In this document: positions 1-15,031 of the stretch, piece by piece
How the letters are laid out: the number at the start of each line of letters is the position of its first letter
How positions within the stretch are numbered: position 1 is the first letter of the stretch
Source of the DNA: the human T2T-CHM13v2.0 reference genome, Homo sapiens
Reading direction: 5' to 3' (one strand)
Assembly (NCBI RefSeq): GCF_009914755.1
Contig: NC_060927.1
DNA length: 64,000 nt
Translations under genes and position numbers: made by a program
The notes under the pieces: generated by a model
Databases searched by the model: none
The model's input: the letters and a program-made list of their open reading frames with translations, nothing else
What the model was told of the DNA's origin: nothing

Positions 1-250
1 AATCTCAGCTACTCGGGAGGCTGAGGCTCAAGAATTTGCTTGAACCCAGGAGGCAGAGGCTGCAGTGAGCCAAGATCCTGCCATTGTAGACTCCAGCCTG
101 GGTGACAAAGTGACCTTGAATATCTCCTGAGGAAGAGGAACTTGAAAAAGGAATATTCAAGGTGCTGTTCCTGGTGTTAGTTGCACCTAACGACACTCCA
201 GCCTGGGTGACAGAGTCTCAAAAAAAAAAGAAAAGAAGAAAGAAAAGAAA
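1..250 (+). mobile_element. Alu right arm (cut by the window edge) carrying the templated insertion
   Basis: CAGCTACTCGGGAGGCTGAGG...CTCCAGCCTGGGTGACAGAG followed by an A-rich tail. Confidence 0.9.
112..195 (+). repeat. 84-bp direct copy of USF3 coding segment 3124-3207 inserted in an Alu
   Basis: 83/84 identical (G180 vs A3192); flanked by a 22-bp duplicated Alu segment at 90-111 and 195-216. Confidence 0.95.
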
Positions 251-487
251 AGCTGGTCCTTGAGTTCACTTTGTTAACAAGGCAGATAAAACAATTTCTA
301 TGCATCTCTCCCACCCCATCCCATTTTTGGCAGAATATAACAAGAACAAAAAGTAATGGACTTCACAGGTTTAAGAAAAGGAATATATGCCATTGTTTTC
401 TTAGTTTTTTTTTTAAGTTTTCAAATTTTAATATGGGTTTTTAAACGTATTATAAACTTCTGTGGGGCTTTTAAAAACCTGTACCTA

Positions 488-821
<334 letters not shown>

Positions 822-2110
822 TTAGCAGGTCTCAGGTCTCAATTTCCCATTTTCAGATGGCAGGCCTGTTTTTAAAGGACCAATTCATACTTTAAAATAT
901 GTGTACACACACACACACATACTTACACACACAGAGACATACAGAAAGACTATATATTTTTTGAAGCACCATTTCACATCTACCAACAAGAAAAATAACA
1001 AATTCATATTCTCATTATAATTCTGTTATGAAGGATAATAATGAAATATACAATGCCATATTTAAAATATAAATGCTATCAGTAAATGAAAATACTGACA
1101 GAGCTTAAATCTCTGTTCAGAAATATTTTTAAAGTAAGGCTCAAATAAACGTGTAGATTACAAACACTATTTCCTGATCAATCCTAATATTTAAATGAAT
1201 GCAAAAGAATTTATTTCAAGACCAAATAAATAGAATGAAGAGAGAATACTAAATTAAACTCAGCTGATGAAACATCCATTGTTAACTGCACCCATGCAAA
1301 ACTCCACAATACAACTAACTGCTTTTACCCTTATGACCCGATGCAAAATGCAAGCACAAAACGGAGAATATGTATGTACTTAACTTTTTAGCTTTCTATA
1401 TTTACGGCTAAATAATTGTCTAAGGAAGACCTTTGCTTTAAATAATCTTGGCACATTAAAGGGTAACACAGCTCCCTAATTTGAAGAACAAGACATAAAA
1501 TTCAGATAATTTATGCATTGTTATAATTTAGAAAGAAGCCTGTATCTAAACCAAACTTTGAGAATAAAGGCTGATTGCTTTTATTTATTTGCTAACTGCT
1601 TGACTTTAACTACGGACATTAAACTCAACATCAGTTCAACATCTGTCATAGGTAAGAAGCTGTTCTAGATGCTGACATTAGCCAGCACTTGATTATGAGC
1701 CACTGTGTTTTATCAAGCTGCCTATATTTTTCAGTAGCAACTTACCTACATATTCCATAAGTTATCAACAATCAAGTTTAAAGTCTAGGCTCCCTCCTAC
1801 TACCCAGTACATGACAAGATGATCTCCCCCAATTTCCAGCTAATTAGTATTTAGGAAATATCAACTTGGAAATGTAAATCTACTTGGAAAATAAAAAAGT
1901 ACACCATGCAGTTGAAAACGAAAGATAACTTGTTTTCTGACAACCCAGTATCTGCATCTGACATGGCTTCCCTACATTCAGAAGATAACTGAAAACTGAT
2001 TATACAGACACACACACACAATCCTTCTCTTCATGTACATGTCTGTGCACATGCACGCACAAATACATTTGTAATCTCACTCATTACCTTTACATTTTGT
2101 TTATCAGTAT

Positions 2111-4426
2111 TTAAACAGCTGAACTGCAATCATGACCTAGAATATGGCTTATGTTATGGGCAGGTCTGTTTGAGGACTGCTTGGAAGAGTCAGAGGCAGA
2201 GGAATTTGCTATTGTAAGCAAAGGTGACATTGCTGAGCCATCAGGAAGCGCTGTGGCTATTTCTGGAAACAAAGATGTCATATTAAAATTGGATAAGTGA
2301 GAGTTGGTCATGTGCATTGGTGGCATATCTGGGAGAAGAGGAAAACTTGGTTGAGCAAACCCAACAGGTCTGGGAGGAGATAAAATTGATCCAAATCGGT
2401 TATTTAAACTTCCACTGTTTACCTTCTCTGTGCTAGGATTTGAGAACATCTGATTAGGAAAATAGGGGATTGAAATATCATTGGACAGTGTAGGATGAGC
2501 AGGAGAGTATGGAGGATAGAAGGAGGGCAGAGTATTTTGCGGATCTACCGGGATGAGGGCTGGAGTTCGAGTGGCACTAGGCTGAGTAACCTGTGGAATG
2601 AAAGAAGCATTAGCATTTATTGGTGGATTCATGCCACCCTCAGGAATAAAAGAAAAACCAAAATTTTGTGATAGTGTATGCTGGTCAGGACCTGAATTAT
2701 CATTAGGTACTTGTGGGCTATCAGGCATGAAACGAACAATACTTCCTCTCTTCTCTGTGGCAGGTTGTTGACGTCCAAGAATCATACTGCCACCAGTAGA
2801 GAGAGGAAGATGGGGAAGACTTGGATCAAAGACAGTACTTTGCCTTTGGTTTCCAGAACGATTCCTTTCAGGCTGACGAATTTTGGAACCACTGCTGTCT
2901 TGCAGGGGATGCCTTGATCTCTGGGGAACTGAAGAATTAGCTTGACGTACAGCAGGGCCTTGATCGCCATTTCCATGAGACACAGATGGATGTGGCAACG
3001 CTGGCCTTGCAACCCCATGCATGTTGGTTGTGACTGGAGGGTTCATGTGGCCCTTGGTGGCATGACTCTCAGTAATCCTCATGGGATTGGATTTCTGTAC
3101 AGAAACATTGGGGCTTGTGTTTCGACCTTGAATATCTCCTGAGGAAGAGGAACTTGAAAAAGGAATATTCAAGGTGCTGTTCCTGGTGTTAATTGCACCT
3201 AACGACATGTCACAACTTTCCCTATTCTGACTCTCACTCTCTCTTCTAATATGGACATTTTCATGAGTTGGGGGACAATTATATTCAATTGCAGAGGATG
3301 GACCACACTGTGTATTCCTCTGATGTTCTGAGAGTGACCTCTGGCTCCCAATGACCTGATCACTGAGGTGAGGGGCAAGTAAGCTCTGCATGAAACTTTG
3401 GTGACAAGTATTTTCACTGTCCCTTGATGGAATACCATTTCCTGTTGGGATGCTCTGAACTGGTGGGTAAGATAATCTCTTTTGACGGTCAATTGGTGGG
3501 GGGCCAGTGTTTTGACTAATTCGAAAAGCCTGGGACTGCATACTCCGCAATGATGATACAGGGTTACCTATTTCATTGTTTCTTGAAGATTGTACTTCAA
3601 AATTACTCTGGGGCTGTTGACTAGCTCCACTTGGTTTAAACGTCTGACAATCAGAAAGGCGGATATCTGAGGCCACAGTATGGTCCACACGACCCTGCAT
3701 ATTATGAATAGCCAAACTCTTATTTCTGGGAACATCAAGATAGCTTCTCATTTCAAGCTGATCTGAAACTCTGGAACCCTGAATTGATATCCCCATTCTC
3801 TGCTCTGAATTAGAAGATGTCTTTCCAATGAGTGCCTCAGCAGAATAACTTGAAACTCTATTTCTCTCTGGCCTGTGTGGAGTACAGGTCATGTCTGAAG
3901 ATCTAGTCACAATACTTGGTTGGGACACCATTTGCTGCTCTAAGCCTCTTGATGTCAAAAGCCTCTGCATTGGATTATGGCCAGATACATGTTCAGATGA
4001 AACCCCTGAACCTTGCTGTCTGCTTCCAACATCCTGCTGTTGGTGCATAATATCTTGATTGAGATGGTTCTGGGGATGGTTATGATGGTTCCGACTAGTT
4101 GAAGGGTTTTCACAGCTCTTCTCTGTCTGGGAGCTTCCAAAGTGTTGCTGCATTTGTTGCTGCATCTGCTGATGGTGGGGATGTGGCTGGCCAGTCTTGG
4201 ATCGGGATTGGTCAGTTCCATGGTGCTTTGGTTGTAAGGAAAGCTGAGAGGTCTGGGTGCCCTGAACAAGATTCCTCTTTTTCTGCATCTGAACTTCCTG
4301 TTGCAGAGTCCTCTGTTGGTGGACATTATGGGGCTGAGAGTGGACAGAGCTCTCTGCATGAGGTACATGATGCTGCATTTGATATAAGTGATGCCTCTCT
4401 CTTAACTGCCCTGCTTGTTGTTGTTG

Positions 4427-4472
<46 letters not shown>

Positions 4473-7400
4473 ATGTAGAGATGGTTACTATGAAGGTGAG
4501 ATACACCTTGAGCTGGAACATGCTGCTGCAGGGCCTGTAGATGCTGACTTGCCTGGGTTTGCTGCTGTTCAGCAACTGAAGGCTGAGAACCACACTGAAC
4601 TTCAGTTTGCCTCAATGCAGGAGTCACAAAGTTGTTACTAGGTGGAAATAATCGTGTAAGGCCATCTCCATGAGCTGGGTTGCTAACAGGCACAACTGAG
4701 TTTGAAGAATTAGGAGGGATCTGACTGACCATCATTTGAGTTTGGTCAGAAATGGTGTCTGGAGTTCTGCTCATCAGGGACATACTTTCAAGCCTGAGGG
4801 GGGCTGGCTGACAGTGCTTTTGACGTTTAGCTGAAGACAGTAAAAGGTCATCTTGGACAGCACGCTTAGCAGAATCCTTACGGCTTTCATGGCTTGGCTT
4901 TAAGAGTGGCTCTTGAATCTGTGAATTTGGTATGGTACTAGTCATAGTATTTAGCTGTTCTTGGGAATATTCAGTCATCAGAGATGGTCCAGGAGGTTGA
5001 CTGCCATAGGAGCTAGATGAAACGGTCAGATTAACCGTTGCAGGCACAGTTGTTTGCTCTGAAGTTGGGGATAAACCCGCACAGCTGGCCAGAGGATGGC
5101 TGATGCTGCTCTGATGGATAAGATTATTCACACTTAAACTGGTGATGCTTGGTGGCTGAGAAGTTGAATCCTGTAAAGATGCATTTGATGTTTTAATTCC
5201 TAGAGAACAACTTGGTTTCTCAAGGGGCCTCTCCATAGTTGCTTCAATTGAACCCTGAGAATTAAATTCATTTGGTGTTGCTTCTGCCTGTCCTGTGCCA
5301 CTCTCTTTAGGTATCTGTGATTTGAAGGGTGGGTCTCCCTCTAACAATGATGCTTCAGAAGGCTTTGAAGCAACTTCCCTTATATCAGCCTGGAGGCCAA
5401 CTCTCCCCTTCTCAAGGTTCTCCTGGTCAAAAATAGCTCTTGCTGCAAGAGCTACTATATCAGTTTGCTCTACAAAGGTACAGCTGTCACATGTATTAGT
5501 TGTTGCATTGCTGGTCACATCTTCTCTTGTTGTTTCAGGAAGCATGGATGCAACTGAGAAACTACGACTACTGCCAGAGCTGGTTGACATGGGAGAGTCG
5601 GCCTGTCTACCGTTGATCAAAGAACCATTAATAACCTCTTGATCAGGGAGGCAGGAATGATGCTGTGGAGGATCTCTATCATCATTGTTCATCAGTAATA
5701 GTTCCTGTTTGGGATGTAAATTCACACTTGAATCAACTATTTTAGGATTTTCTGAAGAAAAGTCAGGATGATCCATCTGATCAGAAAGAGATGATTTCTG
5801 AGGGTTTTTTTTTTTAGCAAGATCAGATAGCAATGTAGTTAAACCTTGCCCCTTTAAGAGACCTGTGGTTTGCATTGTATCTGATGAATCTTGCTCAACT
5901 CTGCAAGGTTCAGCAATGATTTCTACCTCAGAAACACAGTCAGTACTTGTAGTGCTTGTTGTAGATGACAAACCAGGAACCTGAGAAACCAAAATGTGAG
6001 GATCACTTGGAGATGGAATCAATACATTGGCTGAAGCGCAGGGTTTGGCAGCATCTGATAATGCTAAACTACTTGGTGGTTTATCCTGAGATGTCTCTTG
6101 TTGTAGATTAGGGGTAGAATCTTTGGATTTTGCTGCGGCCATTGCAAAATGTTCACTTGTTACAGATTCTTGGGAGGGTGGGCTGGACTTTTCTGCTGAC
6201 TTAGATTTCGATACAGACTCAGGTATTAATGATTCAGAGCTTAGAACACCCAAAGAATGTGAAGCAGAAACACTCACACTATTTGCCTGAGACACAGAGA
6301 CAGATGGTAACACAGCAGGGAAGCTTTCTAGCAGTCCATCATTACAGGGTGGCTCTGCTGAGCCTTCAGTGTTGGGGCAGTCTAACTTGCTCACATCTCT
6401 GACTGAATTCAGGGGACACGCTGACTTGTTTGCTGCTAAGTGTTTCCTGCCACCTGGCTTCTTATTCAACCTTTTAGATTTCATGTTAGGCAAACAAGCA
6501 ACAGTGTTCATTGAGGAAGTACTCACTAGATTATAAGTACTAGCTAGTGTGGCTGAACTATCTGTTGTCACAGGAGGTGCTGCAGTTGTTGTTAATGAAA
6601 CACAGTTAGCTGTAGTGGTTTGACTATTTGCAGCAGTTTGAGAATTGGCAGGCTGGCTAATAGACAATTGTACACAGCTTTGCCCAGCCATCTGTGATAT
6701 GCTTTGATTGAGGCTGGCCAAAGCACCAAATGTATTCAGGGCAACATTGGTATTTGGATCTTCGCTGGTGGTGGGTTGAATAATTTGCATAGGGGTTTGA
6801 TTTGTAGTTCCTGATGAAGACATCACAGGCTGCAAAGCAAAGAGCTGTCCATTTAAAGAAATGGTTTGAGGCTGTTGGTTTGACATGGTAACAGAAAAAG
6901 TTTGTGTTGAGTTAGACGCTGATAAAGATGAAGGTCTTGGTAATATGTGGACAAGATGCTTTCCTCCAAAAGTCTGTGGTGTTGGAACATTTTGCACTGA
7001 ATTATTAGACCCTATTACAGTATTGGCTCCATTGATGGGGAGTCGAACAGAACCAGGAGGTGGAGCAGGGAGGAGTGGCAAAGGATTCTGATTAGCAGCC
7101 TGTATGATTACTATCTGTTGACCTACTGTTTGGTTGGAAACTTCTGCCCTCATCACTGTTGGGCATGGGGTGGTGCTAGGTGGCTGAAGAATTATAACAT
7201 TTTGATTAGTTGGAGCTGAATTAACAGCTGACCCAACTGGCTGAGCCATCTGAATCACTTGCATTGCTGAATTCAGTGGAAGGATATTTTTGGGAGGCTG
7301 AGATTTAACTTGTGGCTGGGCAATTAGTGGCTGCATAGGTAAAGATGGACAAGAAGGCAATGTTACAACTACTTGCTCAACTGGCTGCCCATCTGCTGGA

Positions 7401-8595
7401 AAGGAATTATTCAAGTTGATGTCTGTAGCCACATATCTACTGTGGTTGCTTGTGGTGGGGCTAGTACCAGACTCATTTAATACTGGAGTCACAGCAGAAG
7501 ATGGTGTCTGGCTTAAGGGCTGAATAGTGTTTCCTGCCAGTTGCAAAGTAGTCCACGTTGTCTGTGTGTTTCCAGCTGAAGAGATTCGTGTAAGGCTATT
7601 AATGTTTTTCAAATCTGAAGTACTAACACTTGAAGAAGGCAAAGAACAAGAAAGAGTCCAACCATTGTCCAAAGGGTTTCCCGAAAGAGTGCTTATAGGA
7701 ATGGTGGCCTTCCCTACTCCAGGGGCAGATGATGCCACCACTGTAGCTGTACTTGTCAAGTCTGCACTCTTACTAATGCTCATTGGAGAAGAATCACCTG
7801 CAGTTCTGGGAGGCTGCGAGCAGACTGTGGTGGTAACTGAAACAACAAAAGTGTTTTGAAAATCACCTCTGAAGTCCTGTATGCTCAGGCAGGACTTGTT
7901 TCCATGGTGCACTTTAGTGGCAGTTGCTGAGGAGCTGTGGGGGATGTTTGTAACACAAGGGGTCATTTTCTTCAATACTTTGGGGTTCTCTTGTCCATTC
8001 TTATTTTCAGAAGAATTTTGATCATTTAGGCATGTGTGCAAAGAATGATGTTGGTGAGGCTCAGATTCAATTGAAACAGCAATCAGTGAGCCACTAGTGG
8101 CACCAAGCACATTTGATTCGCTTTCAGAGGTGGGAAGCTCGAGAATACTCTGAGCAGAAATGGCAGCAGGAAGACAAAGAGGAACAGGCTGGTTGGTAGC
8201 CAATGCAGGAACTGTGGTCTGATGCCATGGCTTGTTTTCAGAAGGGTAAACTCCAGAAATAGATACAGGAGTCACAAGATTGCAAGTCCTCTGTACTGGC
8301 ACCACATTGGCGGTCTGCTTTTGTAAATTATGACTAACATTAAAAGTTATCCCCTGAACAGCTGTTCCCTGGCTGTTTCCACCAGGCTGATTCCCGTTGG
8401 AATAAACAATAATTTTTTTTTGAACCTGGTCACTAGGAATAACAACAGAGACCTTTGAGTTTTTAAGATTTCCTTTCCAGTGAATTGTCGGGTCATCATA
8501 TAAGCATATGTCATTAGCTTTCAGTAATTCAATATATCGGCCATTTTCTTTTTGGATTTCTTCCAGTTGTTTCCGTAGCTTTTTTATTTCTTCAG
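2111..8595 (-). CDS. USF3: USF3 terminal coding exon (end of leucine zipper plus ~2100-aa Ser/Gln/Pro/Thr-rich disordered region with polyQ)
   Basis: The 2064-aa ORF (2111-8305) extends upstream without a stop to an AG acceptor (plus-strand CT at 8596-8597). It reads (A)EEIKKLRKQLEEIQKENGRYIELLKAND... and ends ...HILGHDCSSAV*. Recognised as USF3/KIAA2018. Confidence 0.96.
4415..4468 (-). repeat. USF3: Coding trinucleotide repeat (CAG)12 CAA CAG (CAA)4 = 18 Gln
   Basis: Counted directly between the Lys codon (4469-4471) and the Ala codon (4412-4414). Confidence 0.95.
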
Positions 8596-9011
8596 CTATA
8601 ATATTAAAAACAAAAATTTATAAATACCTGAGAATGTCAGTATTTACAATAACTTGATAAAGAACTGTATACTAAACTACTGAATTCTAATTCTAGCATT
8701 CTAAGTACTTCAACCGAGACTCTTCAGCTCTTTTCTAATACAACTTCTTTTTTCTTTTTAGAATGATATCTTAAATCCCTATGCCCTCCTTTAAAAAGTA
8801 TAAATTTTTAAAGGTCAACTGAAAAATTACTCATAATGTAGAAACCTCAAAATTCCCAATTCAAAAATTTCCAGTAGGGCAGCTACATAGGTGAAGTAAG
8901 GGAAGACATACTGATATCATGGCAACATGCTAGCAAGATAACATTGAATATCAATATGCCATTTAAATGCTGCAGCAGCCAACATTACCTGTGATAGTAA
9001 CAGGCAGTCTC

Positions 9012-9359
<348 letters not shown>

Positions 9360-11482
9360 TGAAACAATTGAGACAAAAAGGAATAGAACACATAAGAAGC
9401 AAAGTGGCACCAAAGTGCACCAAAGAAAGCATCGACAATGGAACCTGCACTTTGCTTGGTAGGGACAATGCAGGTATGCTACTGAGCAGTGAGGGCATTG
9501 TCACAGCCCTCCTTTCTAAGGTAGATAGCTTCACCTATGAGTACCACTAATGGGGCAGGCTTAGCTGCTGGTATATGCTCTGTGACCCCACACATCCCCA
9601 TCTGCCTTGAAACAGTGGAGAGTATTCTCATTCCTTTTCCAAAGCATCCTATTCTCCAGGCTAACACCCTGTGAGGGAGCCTGAAATGAAAAGTTCCATT
9701 CCAACAAAGACGAGCTGAAACTAGCAGATCATTTTTCTTAGTTTAAAACTAAGAGACAAAAGAAAGATACCAGTGTCCACGGACAGTAGAAATTAAAGAA
9801 CAATCATTATGGACCAAATAATAATCATGGTTCTCACTTACTGCACCTTTACTACCTGGCACATTTCATTCCTTGTTTCATTTAATAACAACGACAACTA
9901 TAACAGCTAACATTTATCAAGCAATTACTCTGTGCTAGGCTTTAATCTAAGTTCTTGTATTATCTCTTTTAATCCTCATAAGAACCATGAGATGGCAATT
10001 TATATTTTATTATCACCACTTTTAGATGTGAGAAACAGGCCCAGAGCAGTTATGTAATTTGCCTAAATTCAGCCAGGTAGATACTATGATTATCCTCATT
10101 TTAACATAGGGAAACTGGGACTGGGAGAGGCTAAGTAACTGACCAAAGGGTACTGAGTGAGTAAATGAAGCTGAGACTCAAACCTAGGAGGGCCTGAGTC
10201 CAAGGCCATTGCTTTGGCTACTAGATACATGCACAGTGAGCATATGGAAGAAGCCACTGAGAGAAAAAAAGAGGATAGAGCAGATGCACAGAAAAAGAAC
10301 CAGAGAAATAACGATCATGACAGAAATAACAAACACAGATTTAGGCTGCCTTAGATCCCACCCCTAACCCCTGGCCTGTCTGGTCAGCTTTTTCTGAGTC
10401 CCACGCAACTTCTATTTTTCAACAATTTCCCTTTTTCCTAAGGTAACTTGATTGTCTCAGCCTCTGGCTTTGAAATCAAAAGAGCTTTCATTAGAAAAGT
10501 CTACTCATCATTCTGTCTTACATCCCTTCTGTGGAGTACCTCAAATGGTTACTAAACATGGATCATTTATCTATCTGACGGCATCACAAAAAGACCTGGG
10601 CCATAAACACCAGCTAAACTAGGTGAGGGGGGGAAGCTGCTAATATTTAACTAAAAGTAAACAAGGAGAATTCTGAATGCTGACCTCCTAGGTAGGCTTT
10701 CCAATATCTTTCCCATCCATTACAATAAACACAGCCCAGCACTGACCTTACCTCAGGCAATTCTGCCCTTTTTTCTCTCTTTTTAAGGTGGCCTACTGAG
10801 TTGTCACAGAAAATTCTCTCCTTGCACTTGTCAGGGGTATAAATAAAAGACAATTTCAAACTGGCCTACCCTGAGCTTTACGCTTGCCTGGAATATTTTT
10901 TTCCCGCTGCTATAAGAAAACTTTCTCTCCAATGCTAATGGAAAAAGAGAACTCATTTGATGGCATTAAAAAGTCACCTTTATCTAAGAATCAAGTATCA
11001 TTAAATGATCAGGCAGTTTGATGCACACATTACAAGAAGTATAAACAAAATGAATGTTTTGGCCTTTTTTGCTAATGCATAGTTAAATCGTGGCACAGGC
11101 ATATCCTAATCTTTTTAATAAATTTCACTGAGCAGAACTCCCCCCTTACATCTTCTTATGGGATTGCCCTAACTGCAATGTCCAATTGGAATAAAGGAGA
11201 TTTAGCATTACTAGTATCATGAGTTAGGCAAACATGAAATACACAGAAGAGTTCAAAGTCAAAACTATGTATGCCTACAAGATAAGAGGTGCTCACAGAG
11301 GAGAAAGAGTTAGACTAAAATGAATTTATTGGTAACATTATTCTTCCAGACCCACTGAATGCAGGGTCTTAATAATGTTTTGGGGCCAAAAAGCTTTCTA
11401 TGTCATAATATAAATTTCACTGTGACACAAACACCTAAACATTTTAAAATACAACAAAAAGTAAGAACTTTTAAATCTTTAC

Positions 11483-11579
11483 CTTGTTCATTGTTTCCTC
11501 CATTAAGCAGGAGTTCATCATTTTGCCTTTTCAATTCTGTTATATATTTAAAGGCTTGGTCCAGGATCATATTCTTGCT
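11483..11579 (-). CDS. USF3: USF3 coding exon (97 nt; bHLH helix 2: SKNMILDQAFKYITELKRQNDELLLNGGNNEQ)
   Basis: AG/GT boundaries (ggacag|AGC... CAAG|gtaaag). Phase 0 in and phase 1 out join in frame with the neighbouring exons. Confidence 0.95.
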
Positions 11580-11734
11580 CTGTCCAAGAAAATTTTAAAA
11601 GTTTACAAGTTTCACTGAAGGGTAAGAACTTGCCAGATGAAACTTTAAGCTTTGTCTTTATCACATATATATGATACGTATCTTCTCAAAATTTAAAACA
11701 GGCACTATATTCAAAAGCTTCTACTGTATATTTT

Positions 11735-12510
11735 TCATTTATTAAATGGTTATTGGGCAGCTAATGAGTGGCAGGCTCTGTTCTAGGCACTGGGGATATA
11801 ATAGTAAAACAAACAAAGTCCCTGTCCTTGAAGAATACACACACACACACAGAGGAATGCTATGAAGAAATATAAAGCAGGGTAAAGAGGGAGCTAGAGT
11901 GATGGTGGAGGTTACTTTGTGCAAAGGACTGAATGTTTGTGCCCCCTAAAATTCATATGTCTAAACCCTTATCCCCAGTGTGATGGTTTTTGGGAGGTAA
12001 TTAGGTCATGAAGGTGGAGCCCTCATGATGGGATTAGTGCCCTATAAGAAGAGACAGAGATGATCTCTCTCTCTGTCTGCCACTTGAGGACATAACTAGG
12101 AAGTGGGTTATCACCAGGAAGTGAATTGGCTGGCACTTGATCTTGGACTTCCCACCTTCCAGAACTGTGAGAAATTAAAGTTACCCAGTCTATGGCATTT
12201 TTGTTGCAGCAGCCTGAACTAAGACACTGAGAACATTTGTTGTATATGGAGGTTGGGGAAGGGCCCTGAATAAGGTGATACCTGAGCAAAAACTGGAAGG
12301 AAGTGAAAGGAAGCAGGCCCTGCAGATATATGGGAAAAGGGAGTCCAGACAGCAGGATCAGAAGGGCAGGGGCCCTTAGCCAAGCTAGGCTCGGCACGTT
12401 GGAGGAATGGTAAGGAGGTGAGCGGAGCTACAGTGGAGTACATGTGGGAAGAGTAGTAGAAGGCCAGAGAAGGCCTTCAAGATTTTGTAAAGGTTTTGGA
12501 TTTTAATGTT
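11735..12510. mobile_element. L2 remnant interrupted by an ERVL-MaLR solo LTR (MLT1/MST-like, ~11920-12226)
   Basis: L2-type 'ctctgttctaggcactggggatata...aaagtccctgtcct'. LTR-type 'ggactgaatgtttgtgccccctaaaattcatatg...gcagcctgaactaagaca'. Confidence 0.7.
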
Positions 12511-12714
12511 ATTCTTTACTCTGTTTACCACAACTACGAATTATTCTAAATAATAGGCCAAGAGAGGAATGTCACTTGATTGAGTTTTGGTGTCATGCTT
12601 CCAGTAAATTGTATTCCTAAGCTTTTTCAAAAAGATTGTACGTTATGTTAAAGTATTCCTTTATTCTCATGTCCAATACATGCCTATATACATCCTTTTT
12701 AAAAACTCAGACAA

Positions 12715-14054
<1,340 letters not shown>

Positions 14055-14929
14055 ACTACTTATTGTTGCTAATGACTGTATTTATTTTATTTACCAGTCT
14101 ATTATTGATAAACATTTAAGATACCTTAACAGTCATTTCTGGTTTTTATCCTTCAGCTATCAAGAATGTTGCAATGAATATTTAACCTCTACTCCAGGAT
14201 ATATATTATTAGCTATCTCTGGTACTTTGTAGATAACTCTTTTCATGTAGGAATCACTGTGATTTAGTCCTTTGTTTGGCAATTTATAATTCTGAGTTCT
14301 TTACACTGAGTCCCAACAGAGACCCAATACGTAAACCCAGGAAGTTATTTACTACTAAGAGAAAAATAATATTGTTCTTTTTAAAAACAATAATCTGAAC
14401 AAAGGCAGAACCTGATAATTCCCAGCCACCTGTCCCTCTACTGCAGACAGGGGCCAAAGCCTGTGAAGAAAATCTTAGTTGGCTCTGCTTCTGATAGCCA
14501 AATACTGACTTCCTTTGCACATTCTAGAACACCAAGGAAGTAAAATGGTTATGGTTTCCTTTCTTCAGAGAAACTCGCAGGGATGAAAGCCAAGAGCAGG
14601 AAAGTAAGATTTTCCTGGGCAAACATCTATGTTTACTGAGTAGCTACCTAGCTACCTTCCATTGAGATGTGGAGAAAGAAAAACAAATTAGAAGGCATAG
14701 TGTGTGCCATTGTGTTAAGGAAACAGAAAGCACAATTTTTAAAAAGGCTGAAAAATACATACATGGAGCCGGGCATTGTAATCCCAGCACTTTGGGAGGC
14801 CGAGGTGGGTGGATCACTTGAGGTCAGGAGTTTGAGACCAGCCTGGCCAACATGGTAAAACCCCATCTCTACTAAAAATACAAAAATTAGCCTGGCGTGG
14901 TGGCATGCACCTGTAATCCTAGCTACTCA

Positions 14930-15031
<102 letters not shown>

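Noticed and set aside
5-196. 63-aa ORF starting with USF3-like peptide (SLGATNTRNSTLNIPFSSSSSSGDIQG)
   Set aside because: Product of the 84-bp duplicated fragment running into Alu sequence; no ATG start. Not a gene.
4099-4641. 180-aa antisense ORF with poly-Ala
   Set aside because: Shadow of the CAG/Gln-rich USF3 frame on the opposite strand; no independent gene signals.
8303-8305. ORF-track start of the 2064-aa protein
   Set aside because: It is an internal GTG (Val). The frame continues to the splice acceptor at 8595 and the real ATG is at 22047.
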